A stretch of 64,000 nt of DNA from Gammaproteobacteria bacterium (GTDB taxonomy: Bacteria > Pseudomonadota > Gammaproteobacteria > Eutrophobiales > Eutrophobiaceae). Positions within the stretch are counted from its first letter, which is position 1, and each line of letters begins with the position of its first letter. The position numbers and the translations under genes are program-made. The DNA is taken from positions 3,040,001 to 3,104,000 of the forward strand of contig OZ220696.1 of NCBI GenBank assembly GCA_965116495.1. The letters are read 5' to 3'. This document shows positions 9,120 through 19,442 of this stretch, one piece after another. Under the pieces are notes generated by a model that was not told the origin of the DNA, did not search any database, and saw only the letters and a list, made by a program, of their open reading frames with translations.

Positions 9120-10193
9120 ATGTTCGACTTTTTAAGTAAATGGTATAACCGGTATTTTACCGATCCCCAGGCTGCCCTGTTAGTTATTCTTCTGGCGGTC
9201 GGTTTTGTCGTCATGTATTTCATGGGCGGGATGCTGGCGCCGCTTCTGGCGGCAGTCGTGATTGCTTACCTGCTGGAGGGTCCGATAGATAAACTGACCA
9301 GCAGAAACATATCCAGAGTCCCTGCCGTTGCGCTGGTATTCATACTGTTCATCCTGGCGCTGGGTTTCATCGTCATCGGCCTGTTGCCGATCCTGTCAGG
9401 GCAGGCAAGCCAGTTTTTCCAGGAATTTCCCGGCATGCTGAGCCGTGGCCAGGAATTGTTGCTGCGCCTGCCGGAACAATATCCCGAAATCATTTCTGCC
9501 GAACTGGTCAACGAGATAGTACTTGCCTTGCGCCGCGGGGTCGGTGATTTCGGCCAGGGGCTCGTGTCCGTTTCAATGGCGTCGATCCCTGCCATTGTCA
9601 CGGTACTGATTTACCTGATCCTGGTGCCCCTGATGATCTTTTTTTTGCTGAAGGACAAGGACACGGTTACGAACTGGCTGAGCCGGTTTCTGCCGAGTGA
9701 TCGCACCCTGGTCAGCCACCTGTGGCAGGAAATGGACGCACAAATCGGCAATTACATACGCGGCAAGGTCTATGAGATAGTCATCGTGGGGATAACCGCG
9801 TACGTCGTTTTCTCGCTGTTTGGATTGAATTACGCTTCCCTGCTGTCAATTACCGTGGGGTTGTCCGTATTGATCCCCTACATCGGCGCCGCCGTGGTGA
9901 CGCTTCCTGTCGCGCTGGTGGCTTATTTCCAGTGGGGCTTCGACCCGGTCTTCATCTGGCTTGTCGTTGCCTATTTCATACTCCAGTTCCTGGACGGTAA
10001 CGTCCTGGTGCCCATCCTGTTTTCGGACGCTGTCAACCTGCATCCGGTAGCGATCATCGTCGCCATACTGGTATTTGGCGGGCTATGGGGTTTTTGGGGC
10101 GTGTTCTTCGCTATCCCGCTGGCTACCCTGGTCAAGGCCTTGATCAACGTCTGGCCCACCCATGAAGAACAACTGCCGGAAACGGGCGCATAG
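9120..10193 (+). CDS. perM: AI-2E family transporter (PerM-like)
   Basis: Multi-TM protein with LIPYIGA and QFLDGNVLVP...LHPVAII motifs; syntenic with bcp-gcvR-dapA. Confidence 0.88.
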   Translation: MFDFLSKWYNRYFTDPQAALLVILLAVGFVVMYFMGGMLAPLLAAVVIAYLLEGPIDKLTSRNISRVPAVALVFILFILALGFIVIGLLPILSGQASQFFQEFPGMLSRGQELLLRLPEQYPEIISAELVNEIVLALRRGVGDFGQGLVSVSMASIPAIVTVLIYLILVPLMIFFLLKDKDTVTNWLSRFLPSDRTLVSHLWQEMDAQIGNYIRGKVYEIVIVGITAYVVFSLFGLNYASLLSITVGLSVLIPYIGAAVVTLPVALVAYFQWGFDPVFIWLVVAYFILQFLDGNVLVPILFSDAVNLHPVAIIVAILVFGGLWGFWGVFFAIPLATLVKALINVWPTHEEQLPETGA

Positions 10194-10205
10194 CGCCGGA
10201 TTTGT

Positions 10206-10263
10206 GGGGTCAGAGTAAAACTACACAACCATAACCCGGCGCCACCCGCCAGTGGTTGTATTT
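10206..10263. repeat. REP-like element family 1 (GGGGTCAGAGTAAAA), left arm only
   Basis: Exact GGGGTCAGAGTAAAA at 10206-10220, also seen at 27257 and 51309. The right arm is degenerate. Confidence 0.7.
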
Positions 10264-10269
10264 CGAGTG

Positions 10270-10737
10270 TTACAGAGCTTTAACCGCTTCAAGCACGTCG
10301 TTCACGTGCCCTTTCACCTTGACCTTGCGCCATTCATTACGCAGTTTGCCCGTTTCATCTATCAGGAACGTGCTGCGCTCAATTCCCATCACTTTCCTGC
10401 CGTACATGTTTTTTTCCTTGATTACGTCGAACAGCTTACATAACAGTTCATCCTGGTCGGACAGCAGATCGAACGGGAACGACTGGTTGGATTTGAATTT
10501 TTCATGGGATCTTATACTGTCCCTGGAAACGCCGAGGATGACCGTCCTGCGCGAGGTGAACGCTTCGATGTTATCCCGAAAATCCTGACCTTCCAGGGTA
10601 CAGCCGGGGGTGCTGTCCTTGGGGTAGAAGTATATGACCACGTTATTGCCTTTGAGGTCGGATAATCTGATGGTTTTGTCACCGGTAGCCGGAACATCAA
10701 AGTCCGGTACTGTATCGCCCGTGTTTATTGTACTCAT
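10270..10737 (-). CDS. bcp: Thioredoxin-dependent thiol peroxidase Bcp
   Basis: YFYPKDSTPGCT peroxidatic motif and GIERSTFLID. Confidence 0.95.
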   Translation of the reverse strand: MSTINTGDTVPDFDVPATGDKTIRLSDLKGNNVVIYFYPKDSTPGCTLEGQDFRDNIEAFTSRRTVILGVSRDSIRSHEKFKSNQSFPFDLLSDQDELLCKLFDVIKEKNMYGRKVMGIERSTFLIDETGKLRNEWRKVKVKGHVNDVLEAVKAL

Positions 10738-10763
10738 ACAATGTTCTCCAGTCTTTTTGGTTG

Positions 10764-10791
10764 CCGGGGACAGAATTAATTCTGTCCCCGG
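10764..10791. repeat. Perfect 28-bp palindrome, family 3 (GGGGAC-core)
   Basis: CCGGGGACAGAATTAATTCTGTCCCCGG lies between gcvR and bcp. Confidence 0.85.
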
Positions 10792-10801
10792 AAGACGGTT
10801 C

Positions 10802-11329
10802 TTATTTTACCGGTTCAATAATCGCATCCAGGTTCAACTGGTCACAGAACTCCAGGAAGTCGTTGCGCAATGTCGAAATGGATATCTCGACCGGAACATG
10901 TATGGTCAAGTGCAGCGAGAACATTTCGGTACCGGTGTGAGACGCTTCGTATGTCGTTGTATGTAAATCACGAATTTGAATTCCGCTGTCCTGGATAAAG
11001 CGGGTTATCCGGTTTACCACGCCAACGCGGTCGCTGCATACGACGTCAATGGCGTAAGGCATGAGGTTTTTTTGCGATTTGTTTACTTCGGTACGGCGCA
11101 TGTTAATGGACAGATCCTGTTCTTTTCCCAGCCTGTTCAGGGCATCTTCAACCTTTACGACGGCATTCCAGTTTCCGGAAAGGAGTAACATCATGGAAAA
11201 TTCCTGTCCCAGTATGGATATCCGGCTTTCCCGGATATTGCAATCGCATTCCGCGATGGCGCCGGTCAATCGTTCGGGCAGGGCGGCATCGTACTTACCG
11301 ATAACGGTCAGGGCGAGGAACTGTATCAT
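10802..11329 (-). CDS. gcvR: Glycine cleavage system transcriptional repressor (double ACT domain)
   Basis: Two ACT domains (CNIRESR...LSGNWNAV; DRVGVV); divergent from dapA and upstream of bcp. Confidence 0.9.
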   Translation of the reverse strand: MIQFLALTVIGKYDAALPERLTGAIAECDCNIRESRISILGQEFSMMLLLSGNWNAVVKVEDALNRLGKEQDLSINMRRTEVNKSQKNLMPYAIDVVCSDRVGVVNRITRFIQDSGIQIRDLHTTTYEASHTGTEMFSLHLTIHVPVEISISTLRNDFLEFCDQLNLDAIIEPVK

Positions 11330-11565
11330 TATACTGGTCCGGGTAAGGCAACTGTAAAGCCGGCGTTCAAGAGGGATATTGAAGAGTATACAGCTTCCTA
11401 ATTATCTTGTCATTAGCGGGTCGGACAAGTACCATATTTGCCTTATTGTACGATAATGGATGTACCTTCCCCAATTATACGCAATATCGGTGTTTGTGTT
11501 ACCAGGGGATTATTGTGGGTTATTAATACATCAGAATTGTCACCGTCTTGCAGAATACAAACAAC

Positions 11566-12453
11566 ATGTTCACAGGTAGTCTTGTTGCCGTTGTCACCCC
11601 GATGAAGAGCGGCACCGGGGCGGATACGCCGTTGGACCTGCTTGGATTGGAGCGGGTGCTTGAGTACCATATTGAGAATAAATCTGACGGAATAGTGGCA
11701 GTGGGTACGACGGGTGAATCTGCTACCCTGATGCCGGTAGAACATTGTGACGTCATCAAACGGATTGTGGAAATCGTTAACAAGCGCATCCCCGTAATAG
11801 CCGGTACCGGCGCAAACTCCACGATCGAAGCCATAGAATTAACGGCCTACGCCAAGGAAGCAGGTGCCGACGCCTGTTTGCTGGTAACGCCTTATTACAA
11901 TAAGCCGACCCAGGCGGGCTTGTATGAGCATTTCAAGGCCATTGCCGCCAGCGTGCCTGTCCCGCAGATTCTATACAACGTCCCCGGGCGTACGGCTTGC
12001 GATATGTTGCCTGAAACCGTGTCCCGCCTCGCGCGGCTCGATAATGTCATCGGGATCAAGGAAGCAACAGGCGACTTGACGCGCGTCAATACGATCCGGG
12101 AAGATTGTGGTGATGAATTTTTACTGTTAAGCGGCGATGATGAAACAGCCTGTGATTTTATGCTCATGGGAGGTGACGGTGTTATCTCCGTAACCGCCAA
12201 TGCCGCGCCGGCGGCAATGCATGAATTATGCCGGCTGGCGCGGGCCGGTCACCGTGACGCGGCCAGGGCCCTTGATGCAAAACTGCAGGGATTGCACCAA
12301 TCCTTATTCCTGGAGTCCAATCCGATACCGGTCAAATGGGCTGTGCAGCGCCTGGGTCTGATTGAAGACGGGATCCGATTACCCATGACCTGGTTATCCG
12401 AACAGTTGCATCCGCACGTTGAGGCTGCCATGAAACAAGCTGAGGTATTGTGA
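11566..12453 (+). CDS. dapA: 4-hydroxy-tetrahydrodipicolinate synthase
   Basis: GTTGESATL, PYYNKP, LYNVPGRT, GIKEATGD. Start set at the ATG of MFTGSLVA. Confidence 0.97.
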   Translation: MFTGSLVAVVTPMKSGTGADTPLDLLGLERVLEYHIENKSDGIVAVGTTGESATLMPVEHCDVIKRIVEIVNKRIPVIAGTGANSTIEAIELTAYAKEAGADACLLVTPYYNKPTQAGLYEHFKAIAASVPVPQILYNVPGRTACDMLPETVSRLARLDNVIGIKEATGDLTRVNTIREDCGDEFLLLSGDDETACDFMLMGGDGVISVTANAAPAAMHELCRLARAGHRDAARALDAKLQGLHQSLFLESNPIPVKWAVQRLGLIEDGIRLPMTWLSEQLHPHVEAAMKQAEVL

Positions 12454-12611
12454 TGTGGAAAACTCTGAACAAGACCGTCCAGGACTTGTCTGAGTACGCA
12501 AAACAAAAATGCGATTTTTGTTTTGCTCCCAAAATCAATGACATAATGTCATTGATTTTGGCGATACGTCCTTGTATCGTAGCAACCTCTGATCGAGTCA
12601 GAGGTTGCTTT

Positions 12612-13676
12612 ATGAATAAACCGATATTAACGATTGCAACGGGCGCGCTGGGGTTTTGTTTCCTGGTGTCCTGTAATTATATGCCTGATATAGGGAAAAT
12701 CCTGCCGGACAAGAAGAGTGAGTACAAAAAAAGTGAAAGCATGCCCGACCTGGAGATCCCCCCGGATTTAACTGCGGATGCCATCAACGATTCCATGGGT
12801 ATTCCCAATGAGGCGCCGGCGACCCTGTCCCGTTATAACAGGCCGCGCACACCGGGACCGGCTCAGCTGGCTACGGGAACCACGGATACGGATGAGCAAT
12901 GGTTATCCATATCCAGGCCGATTAATCAGCTCTGGCCGGAGTTGCTTGAATTTTTTGAGGCAAAAAACTATTCCATCGAATTGGAAGACGGGGAACTGGG
13001 AGTGCTGGAAACAGGCTGGTCACAGGCTGACGAGCAGACCGGCCTGCTTTACCGTTATAAATACAAGATCTTTGCGGAACAGGGTGACACGCCGGATGTA
13101 ACCGTCCTGATTATCAGCCAGCAGCGCCAGACCCGGCTCGATGACGGCGCAGACTGGCTGGACCAGGACAAGGACTCCGGGCTGGAGAGGCAGTTCGTAT
13201 CCGACCTCAGCCGCTACATTGACGCCGGCAGACCATCCGTCCGTCCCACGCCGGCTGTCGCCTCTGACGAGGACACCGGTCGTTCAACCCGAGCCGGACC
13301 AGGCCCGGAACTTCGAGTGGTTGATGCGGGTGAAGGCAAAATGTACCTGACCATACCCGAGACCTTCGAACAGGCCTGGAAAAATACAGCTATCGCCTTG
13401 CAGAGCAGTGGCTTGCAGATAACCGGCGGGGATGCGGAAAAAGGCGTTTTTATGATCAACCCTGGGGCTGTGCAACGCCCGGAGAAGAAAGGCTTTTTCT
13501 CCAAACTGGCATTCTGGAAGGGTAAGGAGTCCGCTGAGACTGCATACCAGATAAGCCTGACCAGCGTTGGCGCCAAGACTGAATTAATCGTGGTTAATGA
13601 AGATGACGAATGGGAGGCCACTGATGAAGCTGCCCGCATACTGGCGTTAATCCGCGACCGCTATCCGACCAATTAA
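12612..13676 (+). CDS. bamC: Outer-membrane assembly lipoprotein BamC
   Basis: Lipoprotein signal ending LVSC, LEIPPDL motif, position downstream of dapA. Start set at MNKPIL. Confidence 0.85.
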   Translation: MNKPILTIATGALGFCFLVSCNYMPDIGKILPDKKSEYKKSESMPDLEIPPDLTADAINDSMGIPNEAPATLSRYNRPRTPGPAQLATGTTDTDEQWLSISRPINQLWPELLEFFEAKNYSIELEDGELGVLETGWSQADEQTGLLYRYKYKIFAEQGDTPDVTVLIISQQRQTRLDDGADWLDQDKDSGLERQFVSDLSRYIDAGRPSVRPTPAVASDEDTGRSTRAGPGPELRVVDAGEGKMYLTIPETFEQAWKNTAIALQSSGLQITGGDAEKGVFMINPGAVQRPEKKGFFSKLAFWKGKESAETAYQISLTSVGAKTELIVVNEDDEWEATDEAARILALIRDRYPTN

Positions 13677-13683
13677 ATCCGGG

Positions 13684-15084
13684 CTAATTCTTCCTGTTGT
13701 GTTTGATCAGGCGCCTGCGTTTGCGGATTTGGCGTTTGGTCAGGGTGTTGCGCAACGATTTGTACGGATTATCACCGTGCTTGAACTCGATGAACACAGG
13801 TGTTCCCGTCAACTTCATTCTTTTGCGGAAATGATTGGCTAAGTAACGCTGGTAATTTGCCGGGGTATCCCGGGTCTGATTTCCGTGAATGATGATCCGG
13901 ACGGGGTCGAAGCCTCCCAGGTGGGCGAACTTGAGCTTGATGCGCCGTCCCCTGACCATGGGCGGAGGATTTGCCGCCAGTGCCTCATGGAGCATACCGG
14001 TGATGGTAGAGGAACTGAAATTCTGTTGCCATGATCGGGTAATTTTATCGATGCTGTCGAACAGCTTTCCTACACCCGTGCCATGCAATGCCGATATGTG
14101 GTGAATACAGGCATAATCAATAAAACCGGTTTTTCTCTCAAGTTGGCGCTGAATGGTCTGCTTCTGTTGATGATCCAGGCCATCCCACTTGTTGACCGTA
14201 ATAATCAATGATTTGCCTGATTGACTGATCATTCCGAGCAAGGTCTGGTCCTGGTCTGAAATGACATCCCGGGCGTCCAGGACCAATATGACTACGTGAC
14301 ACATCTCAATGGCTTTCAGGCTTTTTATGATGCTGAACTTTTCGATTTTATCGGTTACCTTCCCGCGCCTGCGGATGCCGGCAGTGTCTGTCAGCAGGTA
14401 TTCTTTCTGCCGGCGTTGAAGCGCTACCGTGATGCTGTCGCGGGTGGTTCCCGGCAATGCCGAGGTCAGTACCCTGTTTTCCCCCGTGATCCGGTTGATC
14501 AGGGTTGATTTGCCGACATTGGGACGGCCGACTATGGATATCCTCACGGTACCGGGCGTTTCGATTGGGGCGGCGGCCCTGTCAGGAAAGGCTGTGGCGA
14601 GCGCATCCAGCAACTTGTTAATCCCCTCTCCTGCTTCCGCCGAAATGGGTATGGGCGGGGTAAATCCACCGATGGAATGAAACTCGGCAACGGCGCCTTC
14701 GGGCACGATCCCATCGATTTTATTCACCACCAGAAATACCGGTTTCGCCGCAGTCCTCATGATTGCAGCCAAATCCATATCGCCCGCGGTCAATCCCGAA
14801 CGTCCGTCTACCAGCCACAGCACGGCATCAGCCTCGGTGATGGCCTGCATGGTTTGCTCACTGACCGATCCGAGTATCTGATCAGGATCCTCAATGCTGC
14901 CGGCTATGCCGCCGGTGTCAATCATCAGGAAGCCGGAACCCTGCACCAGGGCGTAGCCGTATTGACGATCCCTGGTCAGTCCGGGTTCATTCGCCACCAG
15001 CGCCGACCGGGAGCGCGTCAAGCGGTTGAATAACGTCGATTTCCCGACATTGGGGCAGCCGACAATGGCAATTACGGGCGTCAT
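13684..15084 (-). CDS. der: Ribosome biogenesis GTPase Der (EngA)
   Basis: Two G domains (GCPNVGKS/DTGG/NKID and GRPNVGKS/DTAG/NKWD) and a KH-like C-terminus. Confidence 0.97.
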   Translation of the reverse strand: MTPVIAIVGCPNVGKSTLFNRLTRSRSALVANEPGLTRDRQYGYALVQGSGFLMIDTGGIAGSIEDPDQILGSVSEQTMQAITEADAVLWLVDGRSGLTAGDMDLAAIMRTAAKPVFLVVNKIDGIVPEGAVAEFHSIGGFTPPIPISAEAGEGINKLLDALATAFPDRAAAPIETPGTVRISIVGRPNVGKSTLINRITGENRVLTSALPGTTRDSITVALQRRQKEYLLTDTAGIRRRGKVTDKIEKFSIIKSLKAIEMCHVVILVLDARDVISDQDQTLLGMISQSGKSLIITVNKWDGLDHQQKQTIQRQLERKTGFIDYACIHHISALHGTGVGKLFDSIDKITRSWQQNFSSSTITGMLHEALAANPPPMVRGRRIKLKFAHLGGFDPVRIIIHGNQTRDTPANYQRYLANHFRKRMKLTGTPVFIEFKHGDNPYKSLRNTLTKRQIRKRRRLIKHNRKN

Positions 15085-15096
15085 GGGTCGGGGATT

Positions 15097-15283
15097 AATT
15101 AGGAATTAGGAATTAAGAATTAGGAATTAAGAATTAGGAATTAAGAATTAGGAATTAGGAATTGAAATGATTGAGTCGCATGGGGCAACTCACAAGATTC
15201 CAGACCTTACAAAATAACAATATGACTTTATGACATTCAGGCTGCACCCATTCCTGATACTTAATTCCCAATTTATAATTCAA
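15097..15283. repeat. Heptamer tandem array (AATTAGG/AATTAAG x9) with a degenerate inverted array
   Basis: Nine units at 15097-15159; degenerate reverse-orientation heptamers at ~15251-15283. Confidence 0.9.
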
Positions 15284-15284
15284 A

Positions 15285-16514
15285 TCAGCGGTAGGTATAG
15301 GCGGCCAACCTGCCGTCGCTACAATAAGCGTAAACTATCTTACCTACGACAATGGGTTCTGCAATAACGGGATCCTTGCAGAGTCGTATTCGGGCAGAGA
15401 ACTCGCCGGTCTTCTTGTTGATCCAGTGCAGATAGCCTTCCAGGTCACCTACAACGATTTGATCTCCTACGGCGCCAGGCGCGCTAACTGCCCGCGCGTG
15501 CAGGTTCTCCTGTTCCCACAGGACTGTTCCGCTGAACCTGTCCAGCGCCCAGACGTGGCTGTCCTCGTCTGTGACATAGATACTTTGCTCATCTGCACTG
15601 AAACCGGCATAGGAAGAGAGATCATTGCTCCACAGGATTCTGCCGGTATCCAGTTGCACGGCTGCAACGTGACCCTGAAACGTGGCAATATAGACGGTAC
15701 CGTCTACAATCACAGGTTCCGAATCAATATCGACCATCCGTTCAAGTTCGGAACGTCCGCGGGCGGTGGCGATGCTGGTCTCCCACAGTAATTTGCCGGT
15801 ACGCACATCCAGCGCAGCCATTTTTCCGCCGTCAAAACCGGCGACCACGATGCCGCTGTCGATTGCCGGTGTGCTCGTCCCCCTGAGTGTCAATGGCGGC
15901 ACTGTCCTGTCATAAATCCACAGCCTTCTCCCCTTGTCGGCATCGATACCGAACACCTTCCCGTCAATTGTTCTTACGATGGCGACTTCCGACGCCCTTT
16001 GTGGGGGGGATAAAACCTCGCTCGACACCTTGGTGCGCCACAACTCGTTGCCGTTTTCTGCGGACAGGGAGATGACCTCCCCCTCCAGGGAGCCGACCAT
16101 GAGAGTATTCTCGCCATAACCGGGTCCTCCCGTTATGTGGATGTCTCCTCCCCGAAACCAGCCGGATTTCCCGTCAACCGATTCTGACGCGGCAATTTTT
16201 TTCTGCCAAAGGCGTTTGCCGTTTGTCGCATCCATTGCCCCCACATTGCCGGCAGAATCAACAACGTACAAACGTTGGTTGACAATGACCGGGGCCAGCT
16301 TCAGGTATTGTTCGTCCGTTCCTACGCCGTTATTTTTTTTCCAGAGTTCGATAACGTTGATGAGCGGCCTGAATTCGACCAGGGGACTGGGAAGTTCGGC
16401 ATTGTCACTGCCCCCCTTGAAATAGTCTGTTACCTTTTCCGTCGCGGCACAGCCGGAAAGGGCTGCCAATACGACCAGGATGATTAAACAGTTGGGTAAT
16501 TTATGGATGTCCAA
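15285..16514 (-). CDS. bamB: Outer-membrane assembly lipoprotein BamB
   Basis: Lipobox LSGC, PQQ-like propeller repeats, GRSELERMVDID. Probable TTG start at 16514. Confidence 0.93.
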   Translation of the reverse strand: MDIHKLPNCLIILVVLAALSGCAATEKVTDYFKGGSDNAELPSPLVEFRPLINVIELWKKNNGVGTDEQYLKLAPVIVNQRLYVVDSAGNVGAMDATNGKRLWQKKIAASESVDGKSGWFRGGDIHITGGPGYGENTLMVGSLEGEVISLSAENGNELWRTKVSSEVLSPPQRASEVAIVRTIDGKVFGIDADKGRRLWIYDRTVPPLTLRGTSTPAIDSGIVVAGFDGGKMAALDVRTGKLLWETSIATARGRSELERMVDIDSEPVIVDGTVYIATFQGHVAAVQLDTGRILWSNDLSSYAGFSADEQSIYVTDEDSHVWALDRFSGTVLWEQENLHARAVSAPGAVGDQIVVGDLEGYLHWINKKTGEFSARIRLCKDPVIAEPIVVGKIVYAYCSDGRLAAYTYR

Positions 16515-17133
16515 TATTGTCAAGTTTGAGTTCAAGAGTGGAAATATCCCGCCCTTCAGCACGCGCCTTGTCGATTGACTGCTGATATGAGTTGCGCGCC
16601 GATTCGAATTCTCCCTGCAAGACGCTGATGTCACCCATCAACTCATCATAGCCGGAAGCGAACCCCGACTTTTCCTGCCGGCTGATCAGGTTGCTTGCCT
16701 GTTCCAGTTTATCCTGGCTGATGAGAACCCGGATCAGTCGCATGCGGATAACGTGAGAGAATGTATCGTCCGTGCTTTGCTTGAGGGCCTGGCGCAGATG
16801 TGTCTCGGCAGCAACCAGGTCATCATCGGCTACGGCCAGTCTGGCTAGTGCCAGCAAGGCAAAAACGCCATACGTGGTGTTTTCATATTCCGCCAGTATC
16901 CTGTCAGCGAGTTCCCGGGATTCAGCCCCGTTATCATTCGACAGGGAGGCGATCATATCGGAGTACAGGACGGAAGCGGATTCCGCCTGTTCTACCTTCA
17001 CGTCCTGCCAGTAACGCCAACCGAATATACCTGACAAACCCAGTGTAACGCCAAGCACGATGGATAATCCATTTTCACGCCACCACTTTTTTATCGCTTC
17101 GATCTGTTGCGCTTCGGATGTGTAAGCGTCCAA
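16501..17133 (-). CDS. yfgM: Ancillary SecYEG translocon subunit YfgM (TPR_21)
   Basis: EAQQIEAIKKWWRENG N-terminus, one TM helix, position between hisS and bamB. Confidence 0.9.
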   Translation of the reverse strand: MDAYTSEAQQIEAIKKWWRENGLSIVLGVTLGLSGIFGWRYWQDVKVEQAESASVLYSDMIASLSNDNGAESRELADRILAEYENTTYGVFALLALARLAVADDDLVAAETHLRQALKQSTDDTFSHVIRMRLIRVLISQDKLEQASNLISRQEKSGFASGYDELMGDISVLQGEFESARNSYQQSIDKARAEGRDISTLELKLDNIGHP

Positions 17134-17181
17134 GAAATCCTCCGGTGTCCCGATTTGAAACGTGATTATACAATGAAAGAA

Positions 17182-17253
17182 AATTAAGAATTAAAAATTA
17201 GGAAGCAGGAATGAAAGGAGTTCGAGTATCAGGGCAATTCCTGATTCCTAATT
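17182..17253. repeat. Second heptamer (AATTA(A/G)G) inverted array
   Basis: AATTAAG AATTAAA AATTAGG AAGCAGG ... AATTCCTGATTCCTAATT, overlapping the hisS stop. Confidence 0.75.
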
Positions 17254-18525
17254 AATTTTAAACAACAGGCTGGTTATTTCATCCACCAGGTTGTCCTGGG
17301 AGATTTCATATTGTTCCATATCCTCACGCAGCGGTTTAATCTGGACAGTATTTTTCGCAACCTCATCAGCGCCCAGGATCAATGCGTAATCAGCCTGAGA
17401 TTTATCCGCCTTCCTGAACTGGCTCTTGAAACTGCCGCCGCCACAGTGCACCAGGAGCCGCAATGCCGGAATGTGATCCCGCAATCGCTCCGCCAGCCTG
17501 AGCCCGTTTCTCAGGGCGGCGTCTCCCACCATGACCTGGTAGATACCGGGAGTATTTGAGTCCGGTTCGGCGCCACTGAACCGTGTTAATTCCAGGATGC
17601 GTTCGACCCCCATGGCAAAGCCGACTGCCGGTGTGGGCCTGCCGCCAACCTGGCTAACAAGGTCATCATAGCGACCGCCTGCGCAAAGGGTTCCCTGGGC
17701 GCCGAGCCTATCGGTAATCCATTCGAATACGGTGCGGTTGTAATAATCCAGTCCGCGTACAAGTCGTGGGTTTATTTCATAATCGACCCCGTTTGCACCC
17801 AGTAAATCACCCAGGATGGCGAAATGCTCGGCAGATTCTTCATCGATTGAATCAAGCAGTGACGGCGCTGCAGCGATCAGGGCTTGCATCTCGGGATTTT
17901 TACTGTCGAGTATTCTCAGCGGATTGGTTTCCAGTCGATTAAGGCTGTCCTCATCCAGCTGATCCCTGTGGTCGGACATGTAATCGACCAGCAGCTTACG
18001 ATAATCCTGTCGCGCCGCGTAACTGCCCAGAGAATTCAATTGCAACCGTACCTCCTTGATCCCCAGTGCCTTCCAGATGCGGGCGCATATCAGTATAATC
18101 TCAACGTCAATCTCAGCGCTCTCCATGCCAAATGCTTCCGCGCCGATCTGGTAAAATTGTCTTTGCCGCCCCTTCTGGGGTCTTTCGTGGCGGAACATGG
18201 GTCCCTGGTACCAGATCCTTTGCGGCCCGGAATAAATCAGGCCGTGCTGCAGCAAGGCGCGCACGCATCCTGCGGTGCCTTCCGGACGCAAGGTCAGGAG
18301 TTCACCGTTACGATCCGGAAAGGTATACATTTCCTTATTCACGATATCTGTACCCGTGCCGATGCTGCGGGAAAACAACTCGGTTTTTTCAAGCAGAGGG
18401 AGGCGAATTTCCCGGTAACAGTAAGATTGCAGAACGGATTGGACAGTTTGCTCAAGGAGACGCCAATCAGGCGTATCACCGGGCAGTGTGTCGTGCATTC
18501 CCCTGACGGCTTGCAGTTTCTCCAT
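17248..18525 (-). CDS. hisS: Histidine--tRNA ligase
   Basis: LRPEGTA, FRHERPQKGR, RGLDYYNRTVFE, GGRYD. Confidence 0.98.
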   Translation of the reverse strand: MEKLQAVRGMHDTLPGDTPDWRLLEQTVQSVLQSYCYREIRLPLLEKTELFSRSIGTGTDIVNKEMYTFPDRNGELLTLRPEGTAGCVRALLQHGLIYSGPQRIWYQGPMFRHERPQKGRQRQFYQIGAEAFGMESAEIDVEIILICARIWKALGIKEVRLQLNSLGSYAARQDYRKLLVDYMSDHRDQLDEDSLNRLETNPLRILDSKNPEMQALIAAAPSLLDSIDEESAEHFAILGDLLGANGVDYEINPRLVRGLDYYNRTVFEWITDRLGAQGTLCAGGRYDDLVSQVGGRPTPAVGFAMGVERILELTRFSGAEPDSNTPGIYQVMVGDAALRNGLRLAERLRDHIPALRLLVHCGGGSFKSQFRKADKSQADYALILGADEVAKNTVQIKPLREDMEQYEISQDNLVDEITSLLFKIN

Positions 18526-18533
18526 CAGTGGCC

Positions 18534-19439
18534 TTATTGATTCTCCCCGAGCACAAATCGGGCCATGCCGATCCTTGACCTGTGAGGGGTAGTGTCGAAG
18601 GGTACGTTGTTGAATTCAACAGCGGCAGCCGCCCCATTACCCAGCAGAACCGTAAATGGCGCGGTACCATTCAATTCCAGTATCTGACCCGGACGGGCAA
18701 GATCATAAAAGATCTTCTCGTTGTCGGCATCGAATATTTCAATCCAGCATTCTTCCAGAAGAACTATCCTGATCGAATCAGGACCGATGCCTGTGGTAAT
18801 CGTGTTCTCATCGTATGAGGAAACAGGAGCTTCAATGTCCTTATCCGTACCAGCCGGTTGTGTCTCCGGGGATAGTGACTCCATTGCTTGTTCTCCCGCT
18901 GTTTGTGGTTCCTCCGCCTCCCACACCGCCTGATCCTTTTCCATTGTTTCTGTATTCGGCGCCCGGTAGTATGGCGTATCCGGATGTTCCACAATCGTGA
19001 TCGGGTAGTCCAGTCCCAATTTCGGTGTCCGTTCCAGGCCGTACTGGCTCCACCACCAGGTAATCGGCGCCAGAATGGAAATAAAAATGACAAGATACAG
19101 CATCGTGTAAGGCCATTTGTTTGTCTGCACCGGTTTAAGCTCAGGTTGAACTTCCGGAACGGGTTCCGCCTGCTCCGAAATTTCAATATCTTCCTTATAC
19201 ATCGCCACAACCCGGTCAACCGGAGCGTCCAGTAATTTGGCGTAATTCTGCAAGTAGCCGTAAACAAAAGTGCCGGTCGGCAGGCTTTCATGATCGTCCT
19301 GCTCCAACGCCTCAATGATACGCGGCTGTAGGTACAGCCGGGTAGCCACTTCGGTTATCGTGAAGTTCTTTTCTTCACGCAGGCCCCTCAGGTGTACGCC
19401 GACTGAAGTCCTGGTTTCGGTATTCTGCTTACCGGACAT
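18534..19439 (-). CDS. rodZ: Cytoskeleton protein RodZ
   Basis: N-terminal HTH (GYLQNYAKLL), single TM helix, C-terminal DUF4115-type domain (CWIEIFDA). Confidence 0.9.
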   Translation of the reverse strand: MSGKQNTETRTSVGVHLRGLREEKNFTITEVATRLYLQPRIIEALEQDDHESLPTGTFVYGYLQNYAKLLDAPVDRVVAMYKEDIEISEQAEPVPEVQPELKPVQTNKWPYTMLYLVIFISILAPITWWWSQYGLERTPKLGLDYPITIVEHPDTPYYRAPNTETMEKDQAVWEAEEPQTAGEQAMESLSPETQPAGTDKDIEAPVSSYDENTITTGIGPDSIRIVLLEECWIEIFDADNEKIFYDLARPGQILELNGTAPFTVLLGNGAAAAVEFNNVPFDTTPHRSRIGMARFVLGENQ

Positions 19440-19442
19440 GTT

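Noticed and set aside
15040-15063. Der first P-loop GCPNVGKS instead of GRPNVGKS
   Set aside because: A variable position of the motif; the GKS core is intact.
15097-15163. Possible CRISPR array
   Set aside because: 7-bp tandem units without spacers, and no cas genes in the window.
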